Part shown: in pieces, positions 60,257 to 64,000 of the stretch
How the letters are laid out: the number at the start of each line of letters is the position of its first letter
Numbering within the stretch: the stretch's first letter is position 1
Assembly: GCA_022360815.1 (NCBI GenBank)
Contig: JAKSCC010000189.1
Span: 19,145-83,144, forward strand
DNA from: Desulfobacterales bacterium
Lineage (GTDB): Bacteria; Desulfobacterota; Desulfobacteria; Desulfobacterales; Desulfolunaceae
Length of the DNA: 64,000 nt
Direction of reading: 5' to 3'
Notes under the pieces: generated by a model
Told to the model about the DNA's origin: nothing
The model's database searches: none
Seen by the model: the letters and a program-made list of their open reading frames with translations, nothing else
Program-made: the position numbers and the translations under genes

Positions 60257-62506
60257 ATGATACGAAGACTCGGGTTTGTTTTTGTTTTTTTGATCTGTCT
60301 GCCTGCTTTTAGCTGGGCGACTTCAACGTATTCTGATTACTCTTTGGGTGAAAAGACGCCCATTGTCACGGAAGGTTTTCTGAACAACAACAACGGTTGG
60401 TCTGTGGGGCGTTTTGGGAAAGGGTGCCGAAGCGCTTCCATTGAAAATGGCGTTTACAGGATTCAATCCCATTGCGACAAAGAATACCCAGAGTTTTGGA
60501 TCGGTTCGGTGGTCATTGATGAGGGTCGTGATTTTGAGATTGAGACAAGGGTTCGTTTTGTCAAAGGAGATTCTAACGGTTTTTATGGTTTGACATGGGG
60601 AAGTGGAATTGCAAGGGACGATAAGGGTCCTTACCGATACCGATTCGGTTTATCGAGCAACGGGAAGTATACCATCGATGAATATTCAGGACGTTGGGAA
60701 GATAAAAAAAAGTGGACCAAATCAGACCTTATAAAAAAGAGCGCATTTAATCTTCTGACCATTCGAAAGGTAAAAACGGATTACCACTTTTTTATCAATA
60801 AGAAGTATGTGCACACCTCAAGCTTTGAGCCTTTTTATGGTCCGCGAGTCGGGTTTCAAGTGGGGCAAAACAGCATCATTGAGATAGACAAATTGAGCGT
60901 GTCTTACCTGGCATCTTCTTCTCCTCACCTCTACTCGGAGTATTCGAACGCGCAGAAAGAGCTCCTTTTTAAGGATGATTTTAAAATCAATGCGAAAAAA
61001 TGGGCTGAGGGGACTTTTGGGAATGAGTCTCGAAGGGCTGTTGTCAAAAATGGGGTCTATGAATTGTCCAGCCTGAAGCCCGATAGCTATCCTCTCTTTT
61101 GGAATAACGGTATTGATATTGACGGAGATCGTGATTTTGAAATTGAGGCGAAAATTCGTTTTGTAAAAGGGGTGGACAACAACGCCAATTCGATTTTTTG
61201 GGGTGGTGGTGTGGTGGATGAGTCTCGCTCTTTTTACCGACATTACTTTGGGTTTTCTGGAAACGGTCAGTTTCTTATCGGCTCGTACGAGGATGGGTGG
61301 AAAAGGGAAAAGCACTGGACTGAGACCCCTTTGCTGGATCGAAAATGGTACAACACCTATACAATTCGAAAAGTAGGCTTAAATGTTTTTTACTATATAA
61401 ATAAGCAATGGGTCTATACGGGCCAATATCAGCCCTTTTTTGGAAAAAGAGTGGGGTTTCGGGTTAATGAAAAGAGCACCATCAACGTGGATTATCTGAA
61501 AATCTCTTACCTGAAAGAGCTGAACCCCCAAAGCCCTCCCGAGATTATTCTGACAGAGCCTCGCATGGCACGAGCACTGAAGCCCGTTCAGAAAAATTCG
61601 CTTATGATCTCCGGGGTTGTGCGGGATAAGGATGGCATCAAAAGTGTGAGTGTCAACGGCAGATGGGTGACGATCGATGGCTCGGGGGCTTTTTCGAATC
61701 GGCTTGCCTTGTCTTTTGGAGAAAATGAGGTGGTGATTCGCGCCGAAGACCAAAGGGGACGTGTGGCCACAAAGCGGTTTTCGGTGATTCGAGGGACGGG
61801 CTCTAAAGTTCAAAAAAGGGGCGACCGTTTGGCCCTTGTCATTGGAAACTCCAATTACAGGCATGCTGGAAAACTGAGCAATTCGATAAACGATGCTCGG
61901 GCCATGAAAGGAGCCCTTGAGGCGCTCGGGTTTAAGGTTTTAAAATATGAGGATTGCGACCAGAAGACCATGAAGCAGGCCATTGATGAATTTGGTCGAA
62001 AGCTGAAAACATGTGATGTGGGGCTTTTTTATTATGCGGGGCACGGGGTGCAGGTGAAGGGGAGCAACTATCTTTTGCCTGCCGATGCAAAGCTTGAGTC
62101 TGAAAATGATGTGGAGTACGACTCGGTGCGTGCCGACCGTGTTCTGGCAAAGATGGAAGGGGCCAGCAGTAAAACCAACATTGTGATTTTGGATGCCTGC
62201 AGAGACAATCCGTTTGAAAAGAGTTGGCATCGTGGCGCAAAAGGCGGTGGCCTGGCTTTTATGGACGCACCTTCTGGATCTCTCATTGCCTATGCCACGG
62301 CACCGGGGCGAATAGCCATGGACGGAGAGGGGTCCAATGGCCTGTATACCAGCGCCATATTAAAACATATCCAAACGCCGGGTATCACCATTGAGCAGAT
62401 GTTTAAAAGGGTTCGCGCCACTTTGGCTGCTCAGGGAGGTGGTCAGGTGCCATGGGAGTCCACTTCCTTGAGAGGCGATTTTTATTTTGTGAATCAAACC
62501 CCATAA
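60257..62506 (+). CDS. exported caspase-family (peptidase C14) protein with two tandem beta-sandwich repeats and an Ig-like domain
   Basis: Signal peptide ending SWA; ALVIGNSNY, FYYAGHG, ILDACRDNP, YATAPG, QVPW. Confidence 0.9.
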   Translation: MIRRLGFVFVFLICLPAFSWATSTYSDYSLGEKTPIVTEGFLNNNNGWSVGRFGKGCRSASIENGVYRIQSHCDKEYPEFWIGSVVIDEGRDFEIETRVRFVKGDSNGFYGLTWGSGIARDDKGPYRYRFGLSSNGKYTIDEYSGRWEDKKKWTKSDLIKKSAFNLLTIRKVKTDYHFFINKKYVHTSSFEPFYGPRVGFQVGQNSIIEIDKLSVSYLASSSPHLYSEYSNAQKELLFKDDFKINAKKWAEGTFGNESRRAVVKNGVYELSSLKPDSYPLFWNNGIDIDGDRDFEIEAKIRFVKGVDNNANSIFWGGGVVDESRSFYRHYFGFSGNGQFLIGSYEDGWKREKHWTETPLLDRKWYNTYTIRKVGLNVFYYINKQWVYTGQYQPFFGKRVGFRVNEKSTINVDYLKISYLKELNPQSPPEIILTEPRMARALKPVQKNSLMISGVVRDKDGIKSVSVNGRWVTIDGSGAFSNRLALSFGENEVVIRAEDQRGRVATKRFSVIRGTGSKVQKRGDRLALVIGNSNYRHAGKLSNSINDARAMKGALEALGFKVLKYEDCDQKTMKQAIDEFGRKLKTCDVGLFYYAGHGVQVKGSNYLLPADAKLESENDVEYDSVRADRVLAKMEGASSKTNIVILDACRDNPFEKSWHRGAKGGGLAFMDAPSGSLIAYATAPGRIAMDGEGSNGLYTSAILKHIQTPGITIEQMFKRVRATLAAQGGGQVPWESTSLRGDFYFVNQTP
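60329..61513 (+). repeat. intragenic tandem duplication (~603 nt, ~201 aa unit)
   Basis: YSDYS..NGVY..RDFEIETRVRFVKG..TIRKV..PFYGPRVGF..SYL versus YSEYS..NGVY..RDFEIEAKIRFVKG..TIRKV..PFFGKRVGF..SYL. Confidence 0.85.
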
Positions 62507-62565
62507 GATTGGCTTGGATTATAGGGAAGGTTATTTCCAAAAAAACGGTTCGCCGAAGGTATAAT

Positions 62566-62599
62566 AAAAAAGCCAGACAATGAATTGTCTGGCTTTTTT
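62566..62599. terminator. bidirectional intrinsic terminator
   Basis: aaaaaagccagacaat-ga-attgtctggctttttt between convergent genes. Confidence 0.8.
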
Positions 62600-62610
62600 G
62601 TGTAAGGGTG

Positions 62611-63999
62611 TTAGAAGGTGATGAGAATCTCGTAAATACCGTCGCTTACTGATACCCCACAGGAAGCACCCAGTTTTTTGAAGACAGCCATCATTTGGTG
62701 GTTGGAGCTTAGTACTTGAGCTGTGAACCCTTTAAAGCCTCTTTTTTTTGCTGTGGTGGTCAGCATTTCCAACATGCCAGAGGCAATGCCCCGGTTTTGA
62801 AACGCCTCATCCACAACAAAAGCCACTTCAGCAAAGCCCTCTTTCCTTCCCTTGACATAGCGTCCTTCTGCCACCACGCGCTCTTCACCGGCGCGGCCGG
62901 TCAGTCCGACGATGGACATGGTGTCGGTGTAGTCGATGTTGACATACTCCTGCATTTTGGCGTGGGGCATGGCTGTGACCGGAGTAAAATAGCGGTAGTA
63001 GACGGAGGTATCTGAAAATCGGTAAAAGAGCCTTCGCATTCCCTCTTCATCAGACGGTTTGATGGGTCTGAAGGTGATGAGGGTGTCATATTTAAAGGTT
63101 CGAGTGCGTTGAATCTCTTTGGGGTAGGCGTGGGCTGAGTGTTCCAGAAAAATTTGGTCCGGGTAAAGAATACGATTCTCACGGGCGGATTCCATGAGAT
63201 CTGCTCGGTCGTCTGGGTGGGCAATTTCGATAAGGGCCTGGGCCCTTTCTCTTACGGTACGTCCTTTGAGACTTGCCACGCCATACTCTGTGATGACCAA
63301 ATCCACAGCCTCATGGACGGAAAAGTGATTGGGGTAAGCATCAGCGCTGCATATGATGTTGGCTTTTCCTTCGAGGTTGCGGCTGGCAAGGGCAAAGAGG
63401 GTGCGACCGCCTTTGGATATTTCGGCACCGTTGAAAAAGTCGATCACCTCCGAAGGCCCGGTGGCAATATTGCCTTTGCCCGCGTGGAGTACAAAACGAC
63501 CGCTTAAGTCGACTTTTCGAGCGTGAATAAGGGTAACCACCTGGGGATTTCGGCCAATTTGGATGGGGCTGAAGACCCGGTTGATGGCTTGGAATTCGAC
63601 CATGGGGTTGCCGTCAAGCCAGCGCATAAGTTCCGGAGAACCCAGCACATAGGAGCAGAGGGATTTTCCCTGGTAGATCTTTTTATTTCGGTTGGTGACA
63701 GCTCCGCTGTTGATGAGATCCATAAGAGCGTCGGTCACAAAGGGGCTGTGTATCCCCAAATTTTTTTTGCCTTTAAGATGGTTTGGAAGGGCTTCAAAAA
63801 GAGGGCCGATGGAGTATGAGAGACAGCTACCGTCATCAATAACCGAGGCCACGTTTTCTGCCACCCTGTCAAAAACTTCGTCCACTGGCCAGCGTTCAAA
63901 AAAGAAGGGGGGCTCGTCCGAGAGGACAAAGCAGTCGAAATCCGAGATGGGCACAAAGGTATCCCCAAAGGTACGGGGAATGGTCTCATTGATTTCACC
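62611..63999 (-). CDS. acetyl-CoA hydrolase/transferase-like domain fused to GNAT acetyltransferase (5' part outside window)
   Basis: Frame open to window edge (GEINETIPRTFGDTF); VITEYGVASLKG..RERAQALIEIAHP; GNAT AEVAFVV..FQNRGIA, N..M. Confidence 0.88.
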   Translation of the reverse strand, partial: GEINETIPRTFGDTFVPISDFDCFVLSDEPPFFFERWPVDEVFDRVAENVASVIDDGSCLSYSIGPLFEALPNHLKGKKNLGIHSPFVTDALMDLINSGAVTNRNKKIYQGKSLCSYVLGSPELMRWLDGNPMVEFQAINRVFSPIQIGRNPQVVTLIHARKVDLSGRFVLHAGKGNIATGPSEVIDFFNGAEISKGGRTLFALASRNLEGKANIICSADAYPNHFSVHEAVDLVITEYGVASLKGRTVRERAQALIEIAHPDDRADLMESARENRILYPDQIFLEHSAHAYPKEIQRTRTFKYDTLITFRPIKPSDEEGMRRLFYRFSDTSVYYRYFTPVTAMPHAKMQEYVNIDYTDTMSIVGLTGRAGEERVVAEGRYVKGRKEGFAEVAFVVDEAFQNRGIASGMLEMLTTTAKKRGFKGFTAQVLSSNHQMMAVFKKLGASCGVSVSDGIYEILITF

Positions 64000-64000
64000 A

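Overview
A gene-dense, mostly housekeeping chromosomal segment. The gene content (DUF4911-miaB-DUF151-PHP, RNase J-FtsK, RicT, LptD, a 2[4Fe-4S] ferredoxin, an A2-type heme-copper oxidase operon) suggests a Gram-negative anaerobe, probably Desulfobacterota/Desulfobacterales; this assignment is an inference. About 50 CDS are supported. I found no rRNA, tRNA, CRISPR array, transposase or prophage. The most unusual items are housekeeping-like proteins with altered catalytic motifs or architecture: (1) a cysteine synthase fused to a cysteinyl-tRNA synthetase that keeps its Zn/Cys site and C-terminal tRNA-binding region but lacks HIGH and KMSKS; (2) a receiver domain fused to an NrtA/CmpA/NasS-type binding domain, next to a degenerate paralog and with no transporter; (3) a 1247-aa GlmS whose Ntn cysteine lies about 59 residues inside the ORF; (4) a CoA-transferase-GNAT fusion lacking the catalytic Glu; (5) DUF2231 and DOMON genes leading an oxidase operon whose subunit II has no cytochrome c. 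Also present are an actinobacterial-like hisE-hisG pair, an orphan aminomutase, a NusG paralog in an unusual context, an AT-richer YheO-PatB-NhaC cassette and an exported caspase-family protein. Family assignments come from motif recognition only; no database searches were run.
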